20,000 nt of DNA from Catajapyx aquilonaris (taxonomy: Eukaryota): contig KZ538472.1 of assembly GCA_000934665.2 (NCBI GenBank), positions 49,427-69,426 on the forward strand, given 5' to 3'. The translations under genes and the position numbers were made by a program. The notes beneath the pieces are model-generated. The model had not been told where the DNA came from. It did not search any database and worked only from the letters and a program-made list of their open reading frames with translations. Shown piece by piece: positions 1 through 9,540 of the stretch (its first letter is position 1; every line of letters begins with the position of its first letter).

Positions 1-138
1 GGTCACACATGCCATGGGATGTGTGACCCTCTTTTTCCCCATTCCTCCGACAAATCACCGGTTGCAAGTCACTGCTTAAAAGTAGCAGCTATGCGAAATT
101 TTCCGATAACTGTTCGGACAAAAAGATGAGACACCCTG
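1..138. mobile_element. Right part of a Tc1/mariner-type (CAGGGTG-end) non-autonomous element, truncated by the window edge
   Basis: Ends ...GAGACACCCTG|TA (reverse complement TA|CAGGGTGTCTC), the same terminal class as the 11449-11886 MITE. A near-perfect palindrome at 1-28 may be its centre. The left end is outside the window. Confidence 0.45.
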
Positions 139-682
139 TATTTGAAAAGTGACTGTTAAAATTTTCATTGTCGAATAGCCCTGCATTTGAATACGGCAGT
201 CATTTTCAGTCCAGAATCCATACACAACTTTTGACACCCCGTGCGATTTAATCGGACAAATTTCGTTTGTTTCGCTCCACCCTACTGTAGAGCGTGAATG
301 TAAAAGTATATATCGTCACTCGGTGTTACTTCAACCGGAGGAGTAACTAAAGCCATTTTGCTGCGTAAATTTCGGACACTGATTTTGGCAACACTGTTTT
401 GAGTTGAAATGTTATCTTGCATGACATAAGTTCCACATGTAGTGCAGTTTTGGACTGCATATTTGAATGTGGTGTTTGTGTCAAAGGCAACTTTGTAAAA
501 TCTTAATTATAATTAGGATAATTGCATCATAAATTTACCCTACGGAACTTTCATTCAACATCTTCTGTTTGAATTTAATTCGCTATAAAGATGATGAACA
601 TAACCTGAAACAGTCCTTTTAAGGTAGTCATACTGCATAGCTTTTTCCATTTTGGTGTCAATATATACTTAAAAATTAATTG

Positions 683-1181
683 CGTCATGTACGAAGTAAC
701 ATAGGCCACTTGTTCCAAGCCCAGGTGGCAGGAAGCGGGGGGATTAGCTTCTGGGGGTCAGGAGAGTAGTTGCCTAGTTGGGAGCATTGTTGATGATGAA
801 ATGTATGTTCACATATCAGAAATATTGTTTGTTCTGTACAGCCGGTGAGCATAAAGAGAGGCCACCATACTTTCCCTTATATGAACTGAAATTTTGAATA
901 ATCTGGAGCAATATACAAATGTTTATTTTCGCCCTGTGAATGGACTGTTACCGTGTCATTGTCTAACATAAGCCAAACACGGAATTCTTCCTGCTGGATT
1001 TAGTTACCCCCTCTAATTTTTAAAAAATATCATACATGTTGTAGGAAACTTTCATCCATGTGTATGTCGACCGTAACTGTAGACCCAAGTTTTACAACAA
1101 TTAGTTAATTTCTGAAGTCAATGCTCTTGAATTGGCAGATGTCTGAAATTGAAAAGTGGCCTAAGTAACCCCGAATTACGG
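683..1181. mobile_element. Decayed pogo-like DNA transposon remnant
   Basis: Right end GTGGCCTAAGTAACCCCGAATTACGG|TA resembles pogo-type TIRs. A degenerate partner, CGAAGTAACATAGGCCAC, lies at about 692-709. The left boundary is uncertain. Confidence 0.3.
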
Positions 1182-1458
1182 TAGCTGTTATTATTTGTAA
1201 AATATCTTGTCCTTATCTGCATGTGGAACGGAAGCAAAAAGAATATAGGCAATGGAGGTATAGCTCCTGACGTGTGGCTGCCCACTCGACGCGACGGGAC
1301 AATTCTTTTTGAACTGTTGATACCTGATGGTTGAGTTCTCATCGCCCAGATCTAGGTGGTTGGGGCCGAAGGGTTTAAGGATAATTTTTATGGTCACATG
1401 CGATTCCACTATATGCAGGTTTCACTGTACGATCATGCTCCCTGCAGATAAAGATGTT

Positions 1459-1471
1459 GGGGGGAGGGGGG

Positions 1472-1510
<39 letters not shown>
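1459..1510. repeat. Poly-G tract followed by a (GA)n microsatellite
   Basis: G6-A-G9, then about 18 GA units at 1474-1510. Confidence 0.95.
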
Positions 1511-1515
<5 letters not shown>

Positions 1516-1545
1516 AGACAAGCCCCCGTCGCATTGCACAATCCA

Positions 1546-1551
1546 TTTATT
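1546..1551 (-). terminator. Putative polyadenylation signal of UGP
   Basis: AATAAA on the minus strand about 170 nt after the UGP stop codon, followed by a pyrimidine-rich (CT)n tract. Confidence 0.5.
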
Positions 1552-1722
1552 CAAATTCTAACAAGGCTGGCTATGTATAAGCACCATGTACAAATTGCAC
1601 TGATTCCTGAATTTGTATTTTATGTATAGTGTATGTGCCATATGTGTCTACAAAACATCTCTTTTAAAGTTACTGCTATGATGTATATTTTCTCAGTGGC
1701 ACCGATTCAAAAATATATTTGG

Positions 1723-1830
1723 CTAATGATCCATAATTCTTAGGTTTCCAGACACAATTTTGTTCTCCAGGAGAGATCCAGAGGGTATGTCGATACGGTC
1801 TCCATGGTTGGCAATTATGATCACCGTTCC
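1723..1830 (-). CDS. UGP: UDP-glucose pyrophosphorylase, last coding exon
   Basis: T-rich acceptor ttttccag|GGA. Translates [35 protein letters not shown], the conserved UGPase C-terminus; TAG at 1725-1723. Too short to appear in the ORF track. Confidence 0.96.
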   Translation of the reverse strand, partial: GTVIIIANHGDRIDIPSGSLLENKIVSGNLRIMDH

Positions 1831-2019
1831 CTGGAAAAAAAAAACAAAATCTATTAGCTGCTTCCTTTCTTTCTGCCTGCCTGCTGAAAAAATATTGAAC
1901 AAATTATTGAAGCATCTCTAATGCTATACCAGTTTTTTATATACAGTGAAACCTTGATCTATTGTTGCCGAACATGGTCATAGAATAGTAAGGTCTGGTC
2001 ACTCCCCTCTTATTGCCTT

Positions 2020-2509
2020 AGGGGCCTGACGGGGTGTTTTGCGGCAGGTGGCCACGTGATAGCGCTTTTCAGGGCTTCACAGACATGATTGTGGCGACCC
2101 TGCTGGACTGCTCTGAACATGGGAAAAGAGAAGCGATTCTCTTCTACCTAAGTTCAGAGCAGTCCGGCCATGGCAGCGCCGCCAGGTCTTTGCATTGCTG
2201 CAAGTGGAGCCATTTACATGTGGTGGTGGCGACGTCCTTGTCAGTGCTGCCCATGCACCACCAGAACTGCTGGTGGCAGGCAGCACAATTGTTGGCACTG
2301 CCAGCTGGCCACACTGCCACATGTTTGCATTGAATTATATGAAGCCTTTCACACGAGATGTGACTTTTCATGCCGCCAGACGTGCATTTTGAGACTATAG
2401 CTCAGCTGGAAGCGCGTCCGTGGTGGTGAACAAATCTGAATGCAGCCAGAGCAGCACCGCCTAACTTATGCGGCGGCGCTGCCATGGTGGCCTCGTGTGA
2501 AAGAGGCCT
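2020..2509. mobile_element. Probable PIF/Harbinger-like non-autonomous fragment
   Basis: GC-rich island ending GTGTGAAAGAGGCCT (Harbinger-like, similar to the 4127 MITE end). Internal CTTTCACACGAG at about 2346. Perfect 16-bp inverted repeat at 2168-2183/2472-2487. Left end not resolved. Confidence 0.4.
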
Positions 2510-2819
2510 CACATGCCATATTATCGCCCTTCCTATTGACCCAACACCACACCAGGATAATAACAACCACTGCCGATTTTACCATCTAGAGTTCTAGACT
2601 AATTAACAATCCAGACAGAATAACTACATTCAGGTAATGGACCTGTGACTATTCCTTGACGTCAATCAAACATGACCCATCAATAAAGACGACAGTTTAC
2701 CACCAGACCACTGCTGTTAATCAATTACCCACTTTAGCCTATTGAGCCTTTTCCCTTCTGTAGACAGGTAATTTCTTCATTGCCTACTTGTGCACATGTG
2801 CAATATTCAGTGTGATGTA

Positions 2820-2919
2820 CTATATCGCCCAAAAAGATAGAGACGATTTTGCATTTGACTCAAGCGCAACTTGCACTTGAATCAAATGCCAATCGTCTCT
2901 ATCTTTTTGAGCGATATAG
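2820..2919. mobile_element. Palindromic 100-bp MITE, copy A
   Basis: CTATATCGCCCAAAAAGATAGAGACGATT...AATCGTCTCTATCTTTTTGAGCGATATAG, palindromic almost end to end. Flanked by TA, within GTAC, on both sides. Homologous to 4404-4504. Confidence 0.85.
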
Positions 2920-3128
2920 TACATGTATAAAACCTTAAAGGCATATTCCTGAATTCTAACACTTTGTGCTTGTAATCACACCAGACAAGTCTGTGCTGAT
3001 GCATGATACTATTCCTGTTATCATAGCTCTGTAAAAACTCCTTAAGAAATGATGCTGATAATTTTGATGTAATGCTAATGTGGCCAAACATTTATGAACT
3101 ATGTGGTACAGACTTTTTTTTGGTATAC

Positions 3129-3677
3129 CTTGAGTGAAACACCTCTTCCAAAAGTTACATCACCGGATACAGTGAGATGGTCGAGTTCAAGCACATCTGG
3201 TATGGTCTCAAATCGCCTCAGAAACTCCTTTACTTTGGCAAAATGGTTGTCTCCAAGTTTGATGAGTGGAGTACTGGGAAACATTCGTTTAGGGCTCATG
3301 GTCAAGGAGCCAAAATGAAGAGTATACAAGTTGCTCATGGCCAGCAGCAGATCTTGGGTCTTCTTCACTGGCAGAAAGCGGCTTCGAGGCACATTGATCC
3401 CAATGCAGCCCTCAAAGGTCTTCATGGCAGCTCCCACAGCTGTCTCTAACTGCACCACATTGAGACCATTATCCAGAGTCTTGTTGTTGACAATAACTTC
3501 AAGGTCAAGTGTATTCTGTTCTACTGCAGTCAAAATTGATGACAGCTTGATCCAAAGATTATTCGTGTTGAATATCTTGAATGTCTTCACTGACTTAAAA
3601 TCATCCACATGTGCCTTAGGGACCTGTGCGATTTCTAGCAGGCGAAGCTTGTCCTCATACATGATTAAAGTGCCACC
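3129..3677 (-). CDS. UGP: UDP-glucose pyrophosphorylase, internal exon (183 codons)
   Basis: ctcctag|GGT acceptor and AAG|gtatac donor. Translates GGTLIMYEDKLRLLEIAQVP...FNTNNLW...QLETAVGAA...VPRSRFLPVKKT...LDHLTVSGDVTFGRGVSLK. Confidence 0.97.
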
Positions 3678-3977
3678 CTAGGAGGAGAGAAAAATAAGTC
3701 GATATAATCAAATATGGTACACAATACAGAAACATGAGTGACATTAGTCTATAATTTTTAGAGGGAAGCCAAAGGCATGGTATTAATAATTGTCCTTCTC
3801 TCTGAAGGCTGGAATTTTTGTTAATTACTATGGCAAGCTACAACTTCTCCTGGACTGTTTGCTATTAATTTCTGTGACACTGCTGCATCTCAAAACCTGG
3901 AAATCTTCCATATCTCACATCAGGGAACTTAAAACATGAGGGGTTATGGGAGCCCCACAATGCATGAATGGGCAGTA

Positions 3978-4091
3978 CTGCCGTCAGATGTAAGAAGACC
4001 GTAACTCAGGGGGGGGATTAGCGCAGGGCATGCATGCGACTTTCACCCTGACTAGTTTTGAGTTATGGTCTTCTTACATCTGACGGCAAAG
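3978..4091. mobile_element. Small TA-flanked MITE with about 30-bp TIRs
   Basis: TGCCGTCAGATGTAAGAAGACCGTAACTCA pairs with TGAGTTATGGTCTTCTTACATCTGACGGCA (1 mismatch). TA on both flanks, with two extra As at the right end. Confidence 0.75.
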
Positions 4092-4126
4092 TAGTTCTGT
4101 AACTTTAGTGATCTACAAGCACATAA

Positions 4127-4309
4127 AGGCTCATTCACACAGGCGGTCGACGGTTTTCGTTTTTGGTCGCGTTGACCCTGCGGACCAATCATGACCCATG
4201 TAAACAAGCTCTAAACAATGGGTTGTGCTTGTTTACATGAGTCATGATTGGTCCGCGGTGTCAACACGACCAAAAACGAAAACCGTCGACGGCCTGTGTG
4301 AATGAGCCT
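4127..4309. mobile_element. PIF/Harbinger (Tourist-like) palindromic MITE
   Basis: 83-bp arms (4127-4209 and 4227-4309, 5 mismatches) starting AGGCTCATTCACAC; 17-nt loop; TAA TSD at 4124-4126 and 4310-4312. Confidence 0.9.
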
Positions 4310-4403
4310 TAACTCAGTCTACCTTGCCTCTCAAGTCTCAACACCTGTAAAAGATGTTGCAATAGCCTGCACTTGTGAAATAAATATCTTCTATACCTAG
4401 GTA

Positions 4404-4504
4404 CTATATCGCTCAAAAACATAGAGACGATTTTGCATTTGATTCAAGTGCAGGATGCACTTGAGTCAAATGCAAAATCGTCCCTATGTTTTTGAGCGAT
4501 ATAG
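4404..4504. mobile_element. Palindromic 101-bp MITE, copy B (opposite orientation to copy A)
   Basis: CTATATCGCTCAAAAACATAGAGACGATTTTGCATTTGA...GAGCGATATAG, with TA/GTAC on both flanks. The central asymmetry matches the reverse complement of 2820-2919. Confidence 0.85.
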
Positions 4505-4689
4505 TACAGTACATTATTTTTATGTTGGTAGAGTGGCAATGACTGACAATGATCATGCCTTATTGAACCAGAAAAATTCCCACCTGCCCCTATAATTTTT
4601 TTCTGCTGTAAAGGTCTTACGCCTATTTTACGGATTGCCTTTGCGTGTTATAAAGTGACTTCACACCTCGAACTGCAAGTCGTCACTGC

Positions 4690-4692
<3 letters not shown>

Positions 4693-4758
<66 letters not shown>
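4693..4758. repeat. (TAA)22 microsatellite forming the SINE tail
   Basis: 22 perfect TAA units directly abutting the SINE 3' end and its TSD. Confidence 0.95.
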
Positions 4759-4759
<1 letters not shown>

Positions 4760-5033
4760 TCATACCCCGTTATCAGCCATCGGCTCTTTAGGGGGGAAGT
4801 TTGTTTTGCCTGGAACTCTTTGCTTTCATTTTACTGTGCTCTTTGGGATATAGGATAGGGACGGAAGGAAGCGGCTGTGGCCTATTAATTACAGAAACAA
4901 CTCCGGAATTTTCCTGGAAGGACCGTGGGAAACCACAGAAAACCACAGTCAGAGTTGCCGGCCCCGAGATTCGAACCCAGGACCTCCTGATTAGCAGTCG
5001 GACGCCTTATCCACTATGCCAACCTTCTTCGGT
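4695..5033 (-). mobile_element. tRNA-derived SINE (Lm1/Deu-Nin-like core) with a (TTA)n tail
   Basis: Minus strand: A box TGGCATAGTGG, tRNA-Ser(GCT)-like loop CTGCTAA, B box GGTTCGAATC. Core GGTTTTCTGTGGTTTCCC...CCAGGAAAATTCCGG...GGCCACAGCCGCTTCCTTCC. Perfect 15-bp TSD TCGTCACTGCATATA at 4680-4694 and 5034-5048. Confidence 0.92.
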
Positions 5034-6022
5034 TCGTCACTGCATATAGGTGGGCATCAAAACACCGCATCCTACCGTGCGTCAATTTATGAAATTGTTG
5101 CCGCTCGCGGCAAAGTATGAGAAGGAGAGGGTCGGAGAGGTACGTGCGCTAGGCCAACCTGGCGTCGGGCTCTGGGGCAGTGAGCCGGGTGAGGGCAGTG
5201 TCCTGGACCCATGCCTGGACCACATATGGCGCGAAGGCGGACGGGACAGAGGGAGAAGGACAGAACATTAGCAGCCAGACGGACAGGGAATGAAACCAAG
5301 ATAGTGGAGATGAGGAGGCGAGGAGGTGAGGGACTTGGTGAGGGAGGGGTGGATGTCACGTGACTTGACGGGACTTCTTCCGATTAGCTCAAAGCAGCAG
5401 CATGCAGTCGGACTTCTAAAGATTTTGAAGTCGGTAGCTGGCACATCCGGCAGCAAAACGCGCCTGTGTGCTGCTCGTTGTCTTTTAATAAATTGGTCCG
5501 CAGCACGCTTTGCTTGCAGTCCGGCGTTATGAAGTCGCTTTATAATGCGCACAGGGGAATTCTTAAAACAGGCTTTAAGTGTATATGCTCATAAGCCAAC
5601 TTCAGAATCAGTTTCCAAAAAGTTATGATTATGTGCTCCCCATTAGTTACTAATAATAATTGACCTACAGTCTGCAACTAACATTTAAGATGTTGACAAG
5701 GCAGGCACAGTAGTTTTCTGAGAACCTGAGTTTGATCCCCAGATCAAACAGAGGATTTTCCGTGCAAAAAGCATTTCCATGGTCACAATTTTTTATCAGG
5801 ATCTCCCATTTAGTTTCTCAATCAAAATCCTTCATCACTGAAGTTATGATGAATAAAATCAGATCAAATAAAAAATTATCCTCAAATAAGTTACATGCCT
5901 ATTATGCAGTATCTTTTATTACAGAAGATATTCATTTAGCAGCTAGTTGATTAGCTTGCAAAGTGCAGAGCCTTGTGGTATGTCAAACTCTCCTCACACA
6001 CCCACAAGTCTGACAAACTAAC

Positions 6023-6445
6023 CTTAACATCAGCCCTCGTCTTGTCAGTGACCTCCATGACAAATTCAGTGGTCTTATCATTCGTGCTCATTAACTTGTT
6101 GAGAATGTTAAGGTCCACAGTTGCCCCAAGATTATCGATGTTGGATATGAAGCAGTACTCTTTTCCCTCTGATAGCAGCTTCTGCAGAACTCCTGAGTTG
6201 TAGAAAGAGTGATAGAAGTCACCATGTCCGGGAGGATACCAGGCATCAGGCTCAGACATGCCGTCATGCTTGGCAATAGGGAGTAGGGACTCTCGTCCTA
6301 TTCTTGGGTAGCGACTTTGGTTGAAGGTGAAGAGTTGCACCTGGAATCCTCGATACTTGCGGATTATCTTTAGGGTGTCCTCATCTGTGTTGAACGAGTT
6401 CATCAGTACCAACGGGACATTGCTTTTGTAGGTGCGATTCAGGTG
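6023..6445 (-). CDS. UGP: UDP-glucose pyrophosphorylase, internal exon (141 codons)
   Basis: ttctcttgccag|CAC acceptor and AAG|gttagt donor. Translates HLNRTYKSNVPLVLMNSFNT...WYPPGHGDFY...FISNIDNLGATVD...FVMEVTDKTRADVK. Confidence 0.97.
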
Positions 6446-7035
6446 CTGGCAAGAGAAGAGCATGTAGTTTGCTTATTGAGACAAATTCACAATTGACATT
6501 CCATTTAAATGCACTACCATCTTCTGTCAACTTTTGGTGGATGCCATCACGGATAGCCTACTAAGTGTTCGCTAATATCTCATGATCATTTTAAAAATAT
6601 ATTAGACAAAACAAATGAACAAAGAAACCATCAGGACATCATATACAGAATTTAGATGTATGACTCCCCCCTATAAACAAGTTGACTCGTCGCATAGGTA
6701 GTAGTTACCATAGCTTTCACTTCTATCCTCTATAATAATTGTTGAAAGGAGAAAGTGGTATAGCGCCCTGGTGGACTTGGTCCGCACAGTGACTCATCAC
6801 CAACTTGCATGTAGTACTACTTTCTCCCTGAGAGTGGCAGGAGTGTGCAGAGGGAGAGCCTATGCGCCAACTGGCAGTGGCCTATTGTACTACGTCCGAG
6901 TTAGGGAGTGGTGGGACAAGCAGTGTTGTCAACATTTGGCAACGGGTCTGCTACTAGGTTCCCTATAAAACGAGTAGTCAGCAGTATAGGAGAATCAAGT
7001 CAAATAATAAAGAGAGGCTAAAAATGTCACACTTA

Positions 7036-7165
7036 GGCCCCTAGTCTGATGACCCGGGGTAAGCTATCCCGGGGGCAATCACCATGGCAGCATATGTAAA
7101 AGGATAGCAGTAAACAACCAGTTACCCCAGGGGGCAAGCTACCCCGGGTCACCAGACTATATACC
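7036..7165. mobile_element. Short Harbinger-like MITE
   Basis: Inverted arms TAGTCTGATGACCCGGGGTAAGCT and AGCTACCCCGGGTCACCAGACTA; GG...CC termini; TTA on both flanks (7033-7035, 7166-7168). Confidence 0.65.
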
Positions 7166-7535
7166 TTAGTTAGTAAATAGATGGCAATCAAAGTATAACC
7201 TACTATGAACAATCAAAAACGAACTTCGCAACTCTCACACAACCACAATATATTGTAGCATATTAATACTAACCTATCACTGTCAATACTACGGCCCACA
7301 TGACCCTACACAGGTAGGTACTTGACATGAGCACATATCTTGTGCATCTTAATCCTGCAACTTATCTGAACTCACAACTTGATAAAACCTCACAATGCTA
7401 GCCGATCATCAGATATGATGAATAACCTTAATTTCTCCTATTGACATCATATACGTACTGGTAGCTATAAAATATATGAAAGAATCAATATTGTACTAAT
7501 TTTGAAACTATTGATCTACAGTCTATACTTTATAC

Positions 7536-7718
7536 CAGGGGTGGCCAAACTTGCTTAACGTAAGAGCCAAATCCAATAAACTTCGGACACTGACAAGCCG
7601 CGAGACATGAACAAATATTACAGAATTACACATACGTTTCTTTTACAAATAAGCCCAGTCAGCATATGTCTGAGAGCCGAACATGTAATGTCAAAGAGCC
7701 GCGGTTTGGCCACCCTTG
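7536..7718. mobile_element. hAT (Charlie-like) MITE
   Basis: TIRs CAGGGGTGGCCAAAC and GTTTGGCCACCCTTG; 8-bp TSD CTTTATAC/CTCTATAC (7 of 8, central TA); repeated internal GAGCC motifs. Confidence 0.9.
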
Positions 7719-7769
7719 CTCTATACAGTATCTTCCGAATGCCTCACAGTATTAAAAATCATGTCATTA

Positions 7770-8009
<240 letters not shown>

Positions 8010-8131
8010 TTAATTCATTACCCGTACTTGCACAGAAATTAAAGAGAAGCTGCAGTTGGCATATCTTATTCTGGACTATTCAGTATTTTTTGGAACACTG
8101 TTATATCCAGATAGTTAACTTGCATACTCAC

Positions 8132-8236
8132 AGCTCCAGTAGGAAGCTTCTGAATTTTGTTCCAATCCAGTGGTCCTTCATGGTGTAGATAGCGCGCAAA
8201 AAGTTTCTGGAATCCCTCAAAGTCCTTCTGCACTTG
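8132..8236 (-). CDS. UGP: UDP-glucose pyrophosphorylase, exon (35 codons)
   Basis: caccaacag|CAA acceptor and GCT|gtgagt donor. Translates QVQKDFEGFQKLFARYLHHEGPLDWNKIQKLPTGA. Confidence 0.93.
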
Positions 8237-8328
8237 CTGTTGGTGATAAAATAAAATATTATTGCAACTTAAGAATGTGGCACATATAGAAGATGGCACT
8301 AACATGCTGTAGTAACATTCCCTGTTAC

Positions 8329-8457
8329 CTCTTTTTCTACTTGTGGTGCTGTCGAAAGAAGTTTCTCCAGCTCTTGAGACAGCTGTTCTTGGGCATCTTT
8401 GTGCGTCATCCCTCTGAATTCACTGGAATCAGAGGGCGTTCTCTGGTGGCCTCGTAA
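8329..8457 (-). CDS. UGP: UDP-glucose pyrophosphorylase, first common coding exon (43 codons)
   Basis: tttttactcaacag|TTA acceptor and GAG|gtaaca donor. Translates LRGHQRTPSDSSEFRGMTHKDAQEQLSQELEKLLSTAPQVEKE, resembling insect UGP N-termini. It begins at an acceptor rather than an ATG, so an upstream coding exon is expected. Confidence 0.9.
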
Positions 8458-8836
8458 CTGTTGAGTAAAAACAACACAATGATGTACTTATAAACCTCCT
8501 TGAAACTTCAGACTGTTGGCCTAGTTAATGCAGAGTCTAGAAGAAAAAAATAGTAATCATCTATATCACACGTCTGCAGAGATAATACTGGAGATAAGGC
8601 CTGTGTGCTGCTGTTATGTATTCCCTTATCAGCAGAGGGTGCTATTGCAATATTTATGCGCAACATTTGCATGTACACTATTTGTTCTAGTGTTGCTACA
8701 GGGTCATGCCAAGACAACACTTGTGACAGGTGCAGAAAATGAATATTCTCCGAGTTCCTATAATTCTACAACCGTTAAGAGGAATAAGTGCAGCAATCTT
8801 GTCACTTTGCAGTTTTAAATCATCAAGATTCATCAA

Positions 8837-9113
8837 CCCTGGAACCGTGACGTGCCTGAAAGCTACGGGAATCATGCCATGGGGTCTTTTCAGACCCCTT
8901 GCCATATTTTAATTTTTATTAATTTTTATATAACAAATTTCAATGTATTGACTATATGCAATAATTCTTTGAACAATGCTTAAAATGATCGCTAATTCAA
9001 AATAAACATGCACTTCCTGTTATATACTTTGGCAAACAGTTCATTGTAATTTTAATTTTAATGCATTTTAATTCCTTTGGGGTCCTAAAAGACCCCATGT
9101 CACGGTTCCAGGG
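8837..9113. mobile_element. piggyBac-like MITE
   Basis: Perfect 15-bp TIR CCCTGGAACCGTGAC/GTCACGGTTCCAGGG with CCC...GGG ends. Degenerate TTAA flanks (TCAA and TTTAA). Subterminal inverted repeat GGGGTC..GACCCC lies 29 bp and 2 bp from the two TIRs. Confidence 0.85.
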
Positions 9114-9422
9114 TTTAAAACGTCATTTTTTGTGCAAGGTCAGTTAACCAAGCCTAATATTTTGATGACACTCGGCTCAACCAGATCTCATCTACAAGAA
9201 ACATCGTTTCGGGTGACACCCTCAAAAGTTTCATGTTTTTATCTCCCCACAAGGCCGCGCAAGTGCAAACAACTTGGCGCCATTTACGCGGAAGTTGAAA
9301 CCCGCGCCTGTCGGGGCGCTGCACTGTCACAATCAACAGCTCATTAGCCGTTACGTAAACCAGCCCCGTGCCGGATATATACACTCCCAACCAAAAACGA
9401 GGCCCATGTCAACAGGACTTAC

Positions 9423-9491
9423 ATCGAAGCACATACTGTTCGCCGCAATTTTCGTCCCCAATCTCCCGGCCGTCATTGTTGTATCCCTCAT
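9423..9491 (-). CDS. UGP: Candidate proximal alternative first coding exon of UGP (MRDTTMTAGRLGTKIAANSMCFD)
   Basis: Three in-frame ATGs, ending at a GAT|gtaagt donor in phase 0, compatible with the 8457 acceptor. TATA and Inr-like elements lie just upstream. Confidence 0.55.
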
Positions 9492-9499
9492 CGTTGACT

Positions 9500-9540
9500 C
9501 GACTGTGAAAGATCCCTTTCGCATCCCGGTTCTTATATAG
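9500..9540 (-). promoter_or_regulatory. TATA box plus Inr-like element (candidate proximal UGP promoter)
   Basis: CTATATAAGA (9540-9531) lies about 31-33 nt upstream of TTCACAGTC (9509-9501), in a CpG-rich neighbourhood. Confidence 0.5.

Larger units (their letters stand above)
4620..5574. mobile_element. Older PIF/Harbinger-like non-autonomous element interrupted by a SINE
   Basis: Diverged TIRs of about 60 bp: GCCTATTTTACGGATT...TTATAAAGTGACTTCA...ACTGCAAG versus the reverse complement of the right end, GCCTGTTTTAAGAATT...TTATAAAGCGACTTCA...ACTGCAAG. TTA at 4617-4619 and 5575-5577. Confidence 0.7.

Noticed and set aside
825..850. Apparent 3-nt microexon (ttctgtacag CCG gtgagc)
   Set aside because: No plus-strand host gene is evident here, so it is likely a chance match.
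1327..1629. ORFs with ER, poly-N, poly-I/Y or poly-P/G runs (also at 4655, 18049, 18168 and 19204)
   Set aside because: These are translations of microsatellites, homopolymers or the N gap.
1943..1972. Tigger-like terminus TA|CAGTGAAACCTTGAT
   Set aside because: Short, with no matching opposite end.
3094..3681. Plus-strand ORFs overlapping UGP exons (also 5973-6203, and minus-strand ORFs over RPUSD1)
   Set aside because: Antisense shadows of real coding exons, with no recognisable protein features.
4960..5033. tRNA-Ser(GCT) gene on the minus strand
   Set aside because: A and B boxes are present, but there is no acceptor stem or long variable arm. It continues into a SINE core and tail bounded by a TSD.
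5790..5840. Intronic box C/D snoRNA candidates (also near 793-889 and 16606-16634)
   Set aside because: C and D box spacing is too short or there is no terminal stem, and no recognisable rRNA guide.
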